This document shows, one piece after another, positions 40,001-52,400 of a stretch of DNA of 64,000 bases. This DNA is from Dipteris shenzhenensis. Its lineage: Eukaryota. The DNA lies in assembly GCA_047967505.1 (NCBI GenBank), contig CM106538.1; one strand, written 5' to 3'. A program made the position numbers and the translations under genes. How positions within the stretch are numbered: position 1 is the first letter of the stretch; every line of letters begins with the position of its first letter. Below the pieces are notes generated by a model. The model worked only from the letters and a program-made list of their open reading frames with translations. It searched no databases and had not been told where the DNA came from.

Positions 40001-43000
40001 AAGAATATCATACCCGACAGAGATCCTAAGTTTACCAGTCACTTTTGGATTTCACTATTTGAATCTTTGGGTACAACTCTACTGTTCAATTCAGCCTACC
40101 ACCCAGAATTAGATGGCCAGACTGAAAGAGTCAACCAAGTTTTGGAAGAAATGCTTCGACATTATATTCAGTCACGCCTAGCAGCTTGGGAAGAGTATCT
40201 ACCACTCCTTGAGTTTGCTTATAATAACTCTTTCCATAGTGCCATCAGCATGACTCCATTCCAAGCAGCTTATGGACACACTCCGATCGTACCAACGAAT
40301 TTTGTACTTCAACATCGAGTGGCCCTAGCTGATCAACTGGTTCAAGGAATGCAAGACATTCTACTCCAAGTCAGGGATCATATGCGAAAAGCGCAAGAGC
40401 GGTATCAACGGTCTGCCAACAAACATAGACGTCACCTGGAATTTGACACTGGTGACATGGTGCTATTATTTGTAGCCCCACATCGCTATAAGACGGTTAA
40501 GTCTGTGTTTCCTAAGTTGCGACCAAGATACTATGGACCTTTCTGGATCATCAAGAAAAATTCACCTTTAAGTTACAAATTGGAATTACCACCATCATGG
40601 GGTAAAATCCATCCGACATTTCATATTTCTTGGCTAAAGACGTACATTCCAGGCGATGAAGCAGTTCCTCCTACAGGTGATTATGTCCCAGAAATCGAAG
40701 ACGATTATGTTCTCCTTATTCCTGAGTGTATTCTGGACCATCAACAGCGAGAGACTCGACATCGACTTATCACAGAATTCCTTGTTCTTTGGCGAGATCT
40801 GGACGACTCCGACGCTACTTGGCAATCTGATGAAGACTTACAGCAGTACCCTGACATTTTACAGCAGTATTTTCAGAATTTACCGTGATATTTTCTACAT
40901 CAGTTCATTATCTCCACCAGGGTCTTATTTTGAGTGGGAGGGGATGTCACGATCTGTGACGTATTCCTTTCTCTATACCTTAGACTTATGGATGGTTTGA
41001 TGAATGGACACTTGTGGAAAGGTATGCCCTTTCGACGGGACATTTCCTATAAGGCACAACCCTTCACAAGAGACATTCTATTGAAGAGACACTTCTATTG
41101 TAATGTACCCTCTCATCAAGGGTCACACCCTTCAGAAGGGGTACACACCTCTTCATGCACATACACTTTGGAGTACAAACCTTTTCATGTGTGACTCTTC
41201 ACTCTCTATATAAGAGAGGCCCAATTGTATGGATGACACTACAGCTACACTACAGACACTCAAGCAGTACAATTATTCCTTGTTCTCTGCTATTTCAGTC
41301 TCCTTTCTGTTCCTTAGCACATTTCTAAATATAGTAAATCTAGGATTTCTTACAGGCTGCCCGAACATGGATCTCCACTCATTCAATGCAATCTCTCCGT
41401 GTATAGAAAGCCAAAAGAAAAGAATGATTTGTCTATTCGTGAGGGATTTCTAAAGTCTCTTCCAAAAGTATTTCTGCAGATCAGCAGAAATTACATGGAA
41501 TCTTTTAAATTCCACTCTGCCAGCAAAAGATGGGCCATAGTGTTGGAAAGGTCACCTCCCCATCTGTAAGCCCCCAAATGAGGAGAGCGTGGGGGAGGGA
41601 GACCTAGGGCAGGATGTGCCCAAGAGAGAAAAAGAGAGGGGGCTGCCACATGGGCAGCACCTCACAGCCAAGAGTGAAGAGATGGCTGCCACATGGACAG
41701 CTGCAAGGCTGTCATGTGGGCAGCACTGCTCAAGAGCACCTGGAGAGCCTAGAGCAAAGGCGCGGTACAGGCGGGTCAGGAGCGTAAGTGTACGGAGCAG
41801 GACAAGGCTGTGCAGATCTAGGACAGGTGGCACTGACATCAGCATGTGTACGGGGCAGGGTACAAAGCTGTACAGGGCTGTATGAGGCCTGGTGGAGCAG
41901 CAAATGGGGCTGCCAGTGGGCAGTGGCATGCCTTATATAGGGCTGGGCCTTTGCCTAGATTGGAGGGCCAAAGGCCCTAGAAGTGTGGGCCAAAGGGCCC
42001 CGGTTTTAGAGCCCTTAAAGGACTGGACCAGCCACAGTCTGGTCGGCCAGATTAGGGCAGGCTGGTTGGTCTTTTACAGCAGGCCTCATTTCACATCCAG
42101 CAGCCAGCAGTTCCAGGGCAGAAAGGAGCAGCAGGAAGCCTACTCTCTGGGCCTATCTACAGGAGGTGAAAGAGTGCAACAAGGGCTGCAGACTTAGCCA
42201 GGAAGGGCTGGACCTTGGCTGTCTTCTAGGGCAGCAAGGTGCTGAGATCATCACACCTTTTGGAGCAGCCATTCACAAGCAGGTTGGAGCAGTGGAACAG
42301 CTATCTTGGGGCCTACATTCAAGAGGACCAAGGGGACCTGTGTGCTGCAGACAAAGCTTGGCAGGGGCTGCCCACCTAGGCTGATTCACAGGCAGTAAGG
42401 TGGAGAAGAACACACTGGACGGAAAGTCTACAGACGCTCGACAAGGAGCACACGGGCTCGAGTCTAGAGATAGCCGGCAGATAGGAGAAGGACCTTGTGG
42501 TAAGATCAGAGGACCACACCATTGGTGGGACTCTGGATCTCTCTCTTTTATATTGTGTCCATAGTTTTGGACGGAAATATATTATTTTGGTGGTTTCTCT
42601 ATCTGGCTGGTTCATTGTCTACTGATGAGTCTGCACATCTATTTTATGCACATAAGTTAAGAAGTTTGTGATTCCACACCCCACACCACACTGTGTGAGC
42701 TCCTGGGCATTAGTCTTCCGCTGTGCGTACCCTCTGTTGGGTCATTTTTAACACATAGACAGTGCTGTATTTCCTTCCTGTGTGCATGCCCTAGCAAGGC
42801 GACATGGTTAAGTTGTGGAGCAGTGTCATAACATAATACATACATACATACATATATTTATATTGATTTATAATGTACCTAGAACCTATGGCTAGGTGAT
42901 AAGCCTCACATCTCTCCTCCTTATGGTTTGTTGAAACACAGTGCATCCTCTATCGATAGGATCCCCGTTGTTGGATTCTTTAGATGTGTTTTCTTCTCGT

Positions 43001-43369
43001 GTCCAGGCCTTGGAAAGGTGTTGTTAGGTTGTCGAGTAGTGTGATGTGATAGTGTGTGTATGTGTAGTTTTGATCTAGTAATTTCTGTTCTCAACTTTGG
43101 AGACAGTAATATAAAGACACATGGATTTCACTTTAAAAAAAGAGTGTGCGTGTGTGTGTGTGTGTACATACATATATTTATTTATATTCTTACTAAAGAT
43201 GGTCACTCTAGGTGTGGGACATAACATTAGTATAAGAGAAAAGTAAGAGAGAGTGGTGAGAAAATCACATTTTGATCTTATAAAATCCACATATAGCGTT
43301 TGGATTCATACTTATCTAAACTTGTAAACCATAGACCTATGGCCTTAGGAGTAATGTGAAGGCACATGG

Positions 43370-43407
<38 letters not shown>

Positions 43408-46400
43408 AAGAAAGAAAGTGTATTATTGTCCACTAAAGGCCAAAATGGGCCCATGGGACATCAAGAACTCTGCATACAAGATAGCACAAAATCAACGTGC
43501 CACAAAGAAGAGGCATCGTCGAATATCATCTAAGTGCTACGCAATACAATGCAAGTGAAAGTACATAATGTCAAATCTGAGCCTAAATACAAAGTAAACT
43601 AGATGCAAGGAAACCGCCCCTGGGTGCATGGGGGGATGAGTACAATATGCCAATGCAAAGATACAAGTCCAGGTGTCACAGAGTCTGAGAACCAAAATAA
43701 TACTGGAAATCCTGTCCATCGACTCTGCCTCCTGCTATGAGAGTACAAATCTGAGCAAAGGTGAGGTGAGCGGCTGGTGGGGCGAGATCTCCATGAGTAA
43801 GTCTCCTCCGAAAAGCTGCCATCATCCTGGATCGTCTGGAGATGAAGCGGCGAGTACGTCCCCTATGTAACAAGATCCTGCGGCGTCTACAAACCATCTC
43901 ATATGTACATCCACAGGGTGGAGGCATGTGTCCTGGAGAGAGAGAGAGAGAGGGTAGGCTAGGGAGAGAGATAGTGATACTCAAAGAGAAAGAGAAAGAA
44001 AGAAAGATATATTAATGTCCACAGGAGACCTCACAGGCCTATGGAACAAAGCGCACAGAAAAGCGAACTCATACAAGTGGGCTGAAGCAAAGGGTACGCT
44101 AGAACCCTTGCTGAGTACTAGTCTATGCTAACAGAATCATAATCATAGACAAAGACAAGTCAACTACGGCTGCAGAGTGGGCCATATCAATCAATCTATC
44201 CAGGCGTTGGGACAAACTGAAGCCTAGTACAGTGATGGCTCTCAGGTGGGCTGTGAAGATGTCTCATATCTGCGTTTGTGGAGCTGTCTCGCGCTGCAGT
44301 GGGGGACGCGGTCTCGTCGCTCTCTAGACTCTCTGGGCTATGTCTAGAGTGACCCCTCATCTCACTCGGTCCCCCTTGAGGAAAGCTGTTATAGGTTGGA
44401 CCTCAATAGAGTGTACTCTAGGGGCTCTCTGTCGCACATGTGGCCTCTGCGCTCCCGATGGTACTGTGCCCGCTGCTCATCCAGACTGCTCTAATATCGG
44501 CTAGCTCCTCTTCCTCCACTCCATTGTGTCCAGGGGCTAACTCAAATGTATAAAAGTCTGTGATGTGCCACTGTGCCCAGTCACCCTCTATGTCCTGTAG
44601 TGGTCTGACCATCCCTTGCTGCTCTCTGATCTGTCGTAGAAGCGTCTTCCTATGTCGCCGCATCTCCATCAGATGAACCTTTTGGTATTGTATCCTATCC
44701 TAGTTTTTGGACGGACGGAGATATTAAGTGTTGCTTCTATATTTATCTTTGAGCATTGTCTATTAACTATGCACATAAGTTAAGAAGTTTGTGGTTCACA
44801 CTGTGTAAGCTCTTGGGCGATACTATCAATCTTCCGCTGTGTGTACCCTCTGTTAGGTAATTTCTAACATGGTATCAGAGCCCAAGTAGCAGGCTCACAG
44901 ATGTGGGAGTATGAAGGCAGGGACCTTATTGAAGGACGACCCTGATTCAGACGCTCCTGGGAATTGACTTCCACGACTGGAGGATTGTGCCCTTGCGATA
45001 AGGAGGGTGACTCAGGTTCAATCAGGTGCGTTCAGAGTTCTGGTCTACTGAAAATTGAGTTTGGTTGACTTTGCTGTGTGGTATAAACAGTAGAGATGTC
45101 GACCTCTACAGCCTCTTCAGCCCCTACTCTCCCTTCCTCCTACCCCAGTTTTCTCTCATTCACTATCCCTAACTTCGGAGAGTCTCGGAAACTAGACAGG
45201 ACCAACTACCCGATCTGGAAGGTGAAAATCCGGAGACAGATAGGAGCTCGAAGCTTGGGAGGATAGAAATGCCCATGCCTTGGCATTAATCATAGGGACT
45301 ACGACGGACTCTGTTCTTCCACATATCCAGATAACCGACACGTCAGTAGAGGCGTGGGTCACTCTGAAGTATCTATACGAGATGGACAACACCTCCCGGA
45401 TTTTGCTTCTTCAGCATCAACTCTACAATCTTGATATGGAAGAAGGAGATACGGTACATAGGCACTTGACGAAGGTCAAGGTGGTGAGGGATCAACTCGC
45501 AACAGTTGGTCAGAAGACAGACTCGTGCCATTTGGCCTTGATGGTACTGAGGAGGCTACCTCTGAGTTTCAAGAGCTTTGTTACGGCCGTGACAGCATGA
45601 CAAAGGACTAAACCTCTGACGTTTGAGGAGTTGGGTCCATTATTGCTACAGGAGGAAGCTCGGGAGAAGCTCTACAACGACGACAAAGATGACAAGGCGA
45701 TGTTGGCGAAGGATTACGCTGGCAAAGGAAAGGGCAAGCCTAACGGTGGCAAGTCCAAGAAAGACGACTCTGACGACAAGGAGACTTCGAAGAGGAAGCA
45801 AAAGAAGAAGTGCTTCTACTGTGATACGCCGGGACATTTTGCAAAGGACTGTAGAAAGAAAAAGGTGGATCAGAAAAACAAAAAGGAGTCCGACTCAGAT
45901 TCAGAGGGAGAGGCCAAAGCAAATGTGGTAATCAAAGAGTTGTTCCTGGTGACATCACCAAGTGTTACCAAGGTCAGATATGTTGAACTAGAAATCATAG
46001 TAAGGATGTCTGACATAGAGATGTGGGTCGACAAGGAGTCAGATGCCTTTGTGAAGGTGAAAGACAGCATGGAGTGCTTGGTACCTTCCAGGTGCGTGGC
46101 ATTTGACACTAACACGAGGGTGGATTCCATGGAGGGCCCTGGGTCTCATGGTCTGATGGATGCTGTCCTTCAGAAGGGGACAGTACAGATTACACACACT
46201 TTTGGTGGGTGCCTCGATGAGGTACAGGATTTGCTTTCAGAGCAAACACACCGGCAATACAACAGTCTGGTATGTACTTGATATTTTGCATTTGAGCCTT
46301 TATAGCATGCTTTGGAGAGACTCTGCTCTTCATTTTTCTAAGGAGATATGAGATTGGAAGGAATTGGCCTTCTTCGAAGGCAGAAGGAGAAGTATTGGTG

Positions 46401-49400
46401 CTTCTTCAAATCTCGGTCGCAGATTGCTAGAAGGTGATCGACAAAGAGTACTGAAGCCAGAAGAGTACCTACTTGAGAACTCAGCGAGAGTTCATGGTCC
46501 AAGTTATTTGGAAATATTCATTGGTTGCAGACCTTGCCAAAGGAAGGACAGGTTGAGACAGACCCTAAGAGCATGGTGCCTGGAAGACTCCAGGTTGTTC
46601 ACTCATTATGAGGGGGACAACTGGAAGATCGTGACGGCTAGATTGCTCGAGTTCGAAGGCGGGAACGTGACTGAAGGAGGTGGTACCAAGAGGTGCTACC
46701 AAAGATGGACTTGTGTACCAGGATGGTGTGCAGAAGCGGAACCAGACCTGGTGGAGCAAGAGCCACTGGATGAAAAGCCAGGAAAAGATTTTGACATCGA
46801 AAAGTTCCAAAGGACTACGACCAGGGAGTTACTGGAGCATCGTCATCGACGTATTGGCATTGGGCCTGGATGTGTCGGTGAGAGGGGGTGTTGGAATGGT
46901 CACCTCCCCATCTGTAAGCCCCCATACGAGGACAGCATGGGGGAGGGAGACCTAGGGCAGTACCCCACAGGAAAAGAGAGAAAGGGGCTGCCACATGGAC
47001 AGCATCATGGCTGTCTTTATATAGGCTGGGCCCTTGCCTTGATTGGAGGGCCAAGGCCCTAGAAGAGTGGGCCCAAAAGGCCCCGGGTTGTGAGCCCTAA
47101 TAGGGCTGGACCAGCCACAGACTGGTCGGCCAGTTTGCTGCAGGCTGGTCGGTTTTTGCCAGCCCCCTTGGGGCCTATAAAAGGAGGGCCTCCAGCCCTC
47201 ATTCAAAATCATCTAGAGCAGCCTTCACACAAGCAGCAGGAGTAGTCTTCGACCTATCTTGGAGCCTATACTTTGGAGGACCAAGAGACCTAGAGAAGCT
47301 GCAGACGGAGCTTGAAGGGTTGCCCACCTAGGCTGATCTATAGGCAGCAAGGTGGAGAGGATCACTCTAGACAGAGAGTCTACATATGCTCGAGGTGGAG
47401 CACACGGGCTCAGAGATCTAGAAGTGCCAGGCTTGTAGTTGAAGAACCTTTTGGTATTGTATCCTGTCCTAGTTTTGGACGGACAGAAATATAAAGTGTT
47501 GCTTCTATATTTGTCTCAGAGCATTCTCTATTTACTGGCTTGCACATCTATGCACATAAGTTAAGAAGTTTGTGATTCCACACCCCACACCACACTGTGT
47601 GAGCTCCTGGGAAATACTAACAGTCTTCCGCTGTGCGTACCCTCTGTTGGGTAATTTCTAACACTAGTAAGCTTGATACCTAATTAATGTGACAAGTGAC
47701 AAGTACAGCACTTATATAGAGCACACACACACATATAAATACCAATGCATATGGGATAGCTCCCAATGTGACACATGGCATCCATAGGACACACTAGACT
47801 AAAACTACACTAGACTAGAACACACTAAACTGACTCAACCTGACTCCATTTCCTAATATACCCCTGTGGAGGAAAGGCGAGTGACTATTGGAATGGAACC
47901 AAGATCATGACAATGACGGTCATCGAACGGTCTAGAACTAGGCATGGCTTCCATGCTAACTCAGATGCAAGTGAGTATGGCTTTGAGGCTAGTGAGCATG
48001 GTACACACTCAGAGACTCAACTAGCATGGCTTAGAGGCTCATCATGCATGGATGTATGACCAACTCAGAGGTCTAGGAGACCAATGCACCAACATCCTGG
48101 AACTCACATGCCAGGCTTGATAAATAGATCTATCAAAGCTAAAGCCAATACATGGCTCCCACAGTACATCCCCCTCCTGGCTCCAGGGACTAATGAGGGA
48201 CATGGAGCCACACACAAGAAAATGAAAAAATGAATACATCATTTTAGGAGGACTATCCAAGGCAGAGGACCTTTATTGACCCAACACACATAATTTCTTT
48301 CATTCATTGTTGGGAAACAACCCAGGGCAGAGTACCCAAATATTACTAACAATCATCTATCACTTCGGAGAGTGATAGATAGATCATGCATTTCACAGAT
48401 AAAGCTCATCAGTCAGGTCCAATAGATGTGACATAAAGATTCTTGAGCTTGGCTTTGATCTCCGTGGCTGAAGCATTGAGAAGTAATTTGTTATCCAACC
48501 TCACACCAATAAGGGCTATTGCTTTCTCTCGTGTTGGTGTGACTTCTCCACGAGGACGAAGCTCCATGGTATCAACTTGAGGTAGCAAATCCAGCAGGCT
48601 GAAAAGAATAGCCAGCAAATGGAGGAGCTCATCTAAGGCTCTGAAAATCATGGGCACAACCGAATCGGGGGCCCCTGCGAATTGGGACCAAAGTGAGGGC
48701 AACTGAGCTCAGTAGCTCATGCACAATTGGAGCGGCAATAAGGGATGAAACTGAGGGCTGGAACTGAAGGCAAAAGAGGCGGAATTAGCAGGGCAGAAGC
48801 AGGCTAGTGCGGACAGGTGTACGGACAGTTGGGCAGTCCGTACAGGCGGGTACGGTTCGGTACGCGATGGCAAGAGCAGCAGTAGTCCCGAGTGCTGGTA
48901 TGGGCCTGTACAGCCTGTTGTACGGCACGGGTGCAGTACAGAACAGTCTGTACAGGCTGTGCGGACTGTACGGCTGGCTGTACGGGCTAATGGGCAGCTG
49001 ATGGTGATGCTAATGGGGCGGCTAATGGCGAGACATAGGTCCGGGCTGAAGGGGTAGCTGATGGCAAGGCATTCCAAGGAAATAAGCAGCAACAAATGGT
49101 GCGGCAAACGATGTAGATCAGCTCCAACAGCTCCCCAAATTGATGGTGAGGCTAAGGGAAGGGAGCTCTACCTTGGAGGAGAGGGTAGCTTCCTTTTGCG
49201 GGCTTCTCTCATCCTCTAAGTAGAGCAAGAAGAAGGGGAAGGTAGGAAGGGAGGTTCTGATACCATATGAAGGCACATGATGGAGAGGCAAAGAGAGAGA
49301 GAGAGAGAGAGAGGGTAGGCTAGGGAGAGAGATAGTGATACTCAAAGAGAGACATAATGAAATGGAAATGAAATGACAAGAGCAATGAACCAAAATGTAA

Positions 49401-52400
49401 GTACTCACATGTAGACAAAGAGCATATGGGATAGCTCCGAATGTGACACGTGGCATCCATAGGACACACTAGACTAAAACTCACACTAGAACTCACTAGA
49501 ACACACTAAACTGACTCAACTTGACTCCATTTCCTAACATAGTGGGTTGGAGGCTAGTGTAGGGCCAGACACACGCAGCCAACCAAAGACAACCAAGTGT
49601 CATGATAGCACCGAGTGCAAGGGGTCCCAATCCCCTGCCTCCTAGCCATGCAGTCCTCCACAGCCTCCCAACAAATCCCGGGAGGCATACTCTGGAGATG
49701 TTTCTGATCTGCCCAAATATTCAAGTACTAACCAAATTCCAATCTGCCCATATATTCAAGTATTAACCAGCTCCACATTTGATTATGGGAATATTTCTAG
49801 AACTCACACTAGAACTCACTAGAACACACTAAACTAACTCAACTTGACTCCATTTCCTAACATAGTGGGTTGGAGGCTAGTGTAGGGCTAGATACACGCA
49901 GCCAACCAAAGACTACCAAGTGTCACAAATGCACCGAGTGCAAGGGGTCCCAATCCCCTGCCAGCCACGCAGTCCTCCACAGCCTCCCAACAAATCCCCG
50001 GAGGCATACTCTGGATATGTTTCTGATCTGCCCATATATTCAAGTATTAACCAGCTGCACATTTGATTATGGGACTATTTCTAAAACTCACACTAGAACT
50101 CACTAGAACACACTAAACTGACTCAACTTGACTCCATTTCCTAACATAGTGGGTTGGAGGCTAATTTAGGGCCAGACACACGCAGCCAACCAAAGACTAC
50201 CAAGTGTCACGAATGCACCGAGTGCAAGGGGTCCCAATCCCCTACCTCCTAGCCACACAGTCCTCCACAGCCTCCCAACAAATCCCGGGAGGCATACTCT
50301 GGAGATGTTTCTGATCTGCCCAAATATTCAAGTATTAACCAAATTACAATCTGCCCATATATTCAAGTATTAACCAGCTGCACATTTGATTATGGGACTA
50401 TTTCAAGCCCCCAATGCCACGTCATTTAGCGCGAAGGGCCACTTTTAGCCTTTGACAATTTTCCATGAAGTCCACACCAAACAAGGGAGTTTGCCCATAT
50501 TCCAACAGCTGGGGCATGTGGTATTGGACACATGACCTGACCCTCACTGTACTATCTACCTCGTTCTTCTGCTTGATTTCCAGGTCATGGGTTCACTGTT
50601 TATGCACCATCTTGTGAGAGATCGAAGAGAGTTTGATTGATCATTTTGCTGCATAGGGTAGCTATAGCACGTAGACCCTTACTCTAACACACCTTTTATT
50701 AGAATCATGGTTCTACAAAGAGATCTGAAAATTTCATAGTCACATGAAAACCCGTTTCATCCTCTTCGAAACCTCGAAACGCAAAACAGACGAAACGTTT
50801 CGAAATAGAACGAAACGCTCTCAACGAAACCTTTGTTTCGCCCAAATCAAAATAAACGTTTTTGTCCCGTTTTTTCTAGAATCCAAGGTGTTTATGTTTT
50901 GAATTTCCTTTTAGTATCTTGACTTTATATTTCTCTTTGTTCACTCTAGCTTAAATATAACATATCTTTTTGTACCTATAAGGGTATATATTAAGTATCA
51001 ATTCGAAACCTATCCGTTTCGTCTGACAACACGAAACGAAACGAAACAAAACTTGTCGAAACAGCGAAAAGGCGAAACAGACGAAACGTTTCTTGTGACT
51101 ATGTCTGAAATTAAAATGGAATCTCATAAATAGGGCACTTGGATAAATCGAGACAAACACCCAACGCATTACATGAAAGAAAAAGTATTAATTCAATTTC
51201 GAACCTCATGATCTTGTCTATAAGGTTACAAACCATTAACTCCATTATGCACAACAAGGACTATGACAATGACATCGCCAACAACCTCATCAGCACCCAA
51301 CGGCATGTGCACATCATTGTATGGATATGTGTTTTTACTCATGCACACATTCACACTGATGCTCCAATGAACCTCATCAGGATTCAGCACCCAATATGAT
51401 GTGCACATCCTTGGGATATGTGCTTTTACTCATGCACACATCCACATTGATACTGCAATGAGCCTATGATTAACAAAGGTCTGCGCACCCACCTGAAATC
51501 AAACTGAAACAAAATGTCACACCAACCCTATCACCCCTGTTATTTATATGCATCATGAAAGAAAGGGAGATCGTTCCAAAATTACTTCACCTTTTCTTCA
51601 CCCCAAGCTACAATTGTTGGTAAAGACAAGATTGCTATCCAAATGCGCTTTAAAAGTGTATTGATAGGGCATATGCATAAAAAAGAAGACAGAACTATCA
51701 GATTCGAGAATCTGCGTAATAGCCGATTTCTATTGAACATCAATCAATATAAAGCAAGCAAACGATCCATTAGAAACTTGAATACTTTTTATGGAAAAGA
51801 TGAATCAGATTGAAAGATAAGATCTAGGAGGATACTTGGAACATACCCCCTAGCTCAAGATCTTCCCAGCCATATTCACTAAAATTTGTGTCAAAAGGAC
51901 CCTTTACACAATTGTTAACATTTACACAAGCTTCAGCCAGTCTGCGTCTAGATATGGCTACATTCCCTGTTGCAAAGAAGGCAGCAGAGTAGTCCTGCCA
52001 TTACAAAGAAGAAGATCAGCGGCACTTCGCACATGTTGACACAAATCACTTCAACAGACTGTTAACAGTGAGATTGTAGCGTGCATATGCCCTTGTTAAC
52101 TGCCAAGAGTCGAAGGAAAGGAGCTATGGAAATTAGTGATACAAGGAAGTATGATGACTTCCAATTTACAACCTTCACACAAAGCATTAAATCATTCTCG
52201 ATGAAATGTGAGAAGACAAGAAAAAGGTACAAGATTTGTGAGAATCTGTCATGCTGACTACCAAAGCTTCCACGTGCACACTTTAGGAATCGTATTGAAC
52301 AAGTTTGACCAGGTTGGCCAACTTCGACCAACTTTGACAAAGTTGACCAGAGCATCCAAAGTGATCTTTTGTATCCCAAACATCTTTATATTGCATTGTT

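Larger units (their letters stand above)
36011..41354 (+). mobile_element. Ty3/gypsy chromovirus with internal deletion of protease and RT
   Basis: 410-bp LTRs 36011-36420 and 40945-41354 (9 substitutions by manual count); Met PBS 36422-36433; PPT 40932-40944; perfect TSD GGCTG. Confidence 0.97.
43357..49539 (-). mobile_element. Short-LTR non-autonomous copia-type element (family Y) whose 3' LTR is split by nested insertions
   Basis: 5' LTR 49268-49539; PBS TGGTATCAGAAC at 49265-49254; gag-like remnant (AIALIGVRLD...KLKNLY, 48409-48702); 3' LTR pieces at 43357-43400, 43935-43990 and 47664-47858; flanks TAATG and TAGTG. Confidence 0.75.
35100..50640 (-). mobile_element. Old fragmented L1-like LINE that hosts the nested insertions in intron 2
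   Basis: Removing 36011-41354 rejoins WKRL*KSL...FFWLSIHGEIALNEW...STCALCHFAEESIQHCLLEC (zf-RVT). Outer limits and membership of the 49545-50640 piece are uncertain. Confidence 0.6.

Noticed and set aside
49474-50404. CRISPR-like array
   Set aside because: Whole ~300-bp units repeat, there are no unique spacers or cas genes, and the context is eukaryotic.
42824-50457. A large LTR running TGTCA...TGACA around element Y
   Set aside because: The flanks AGCAG and ATTTT do not form a TSD, and the right part looks LINE-derived.
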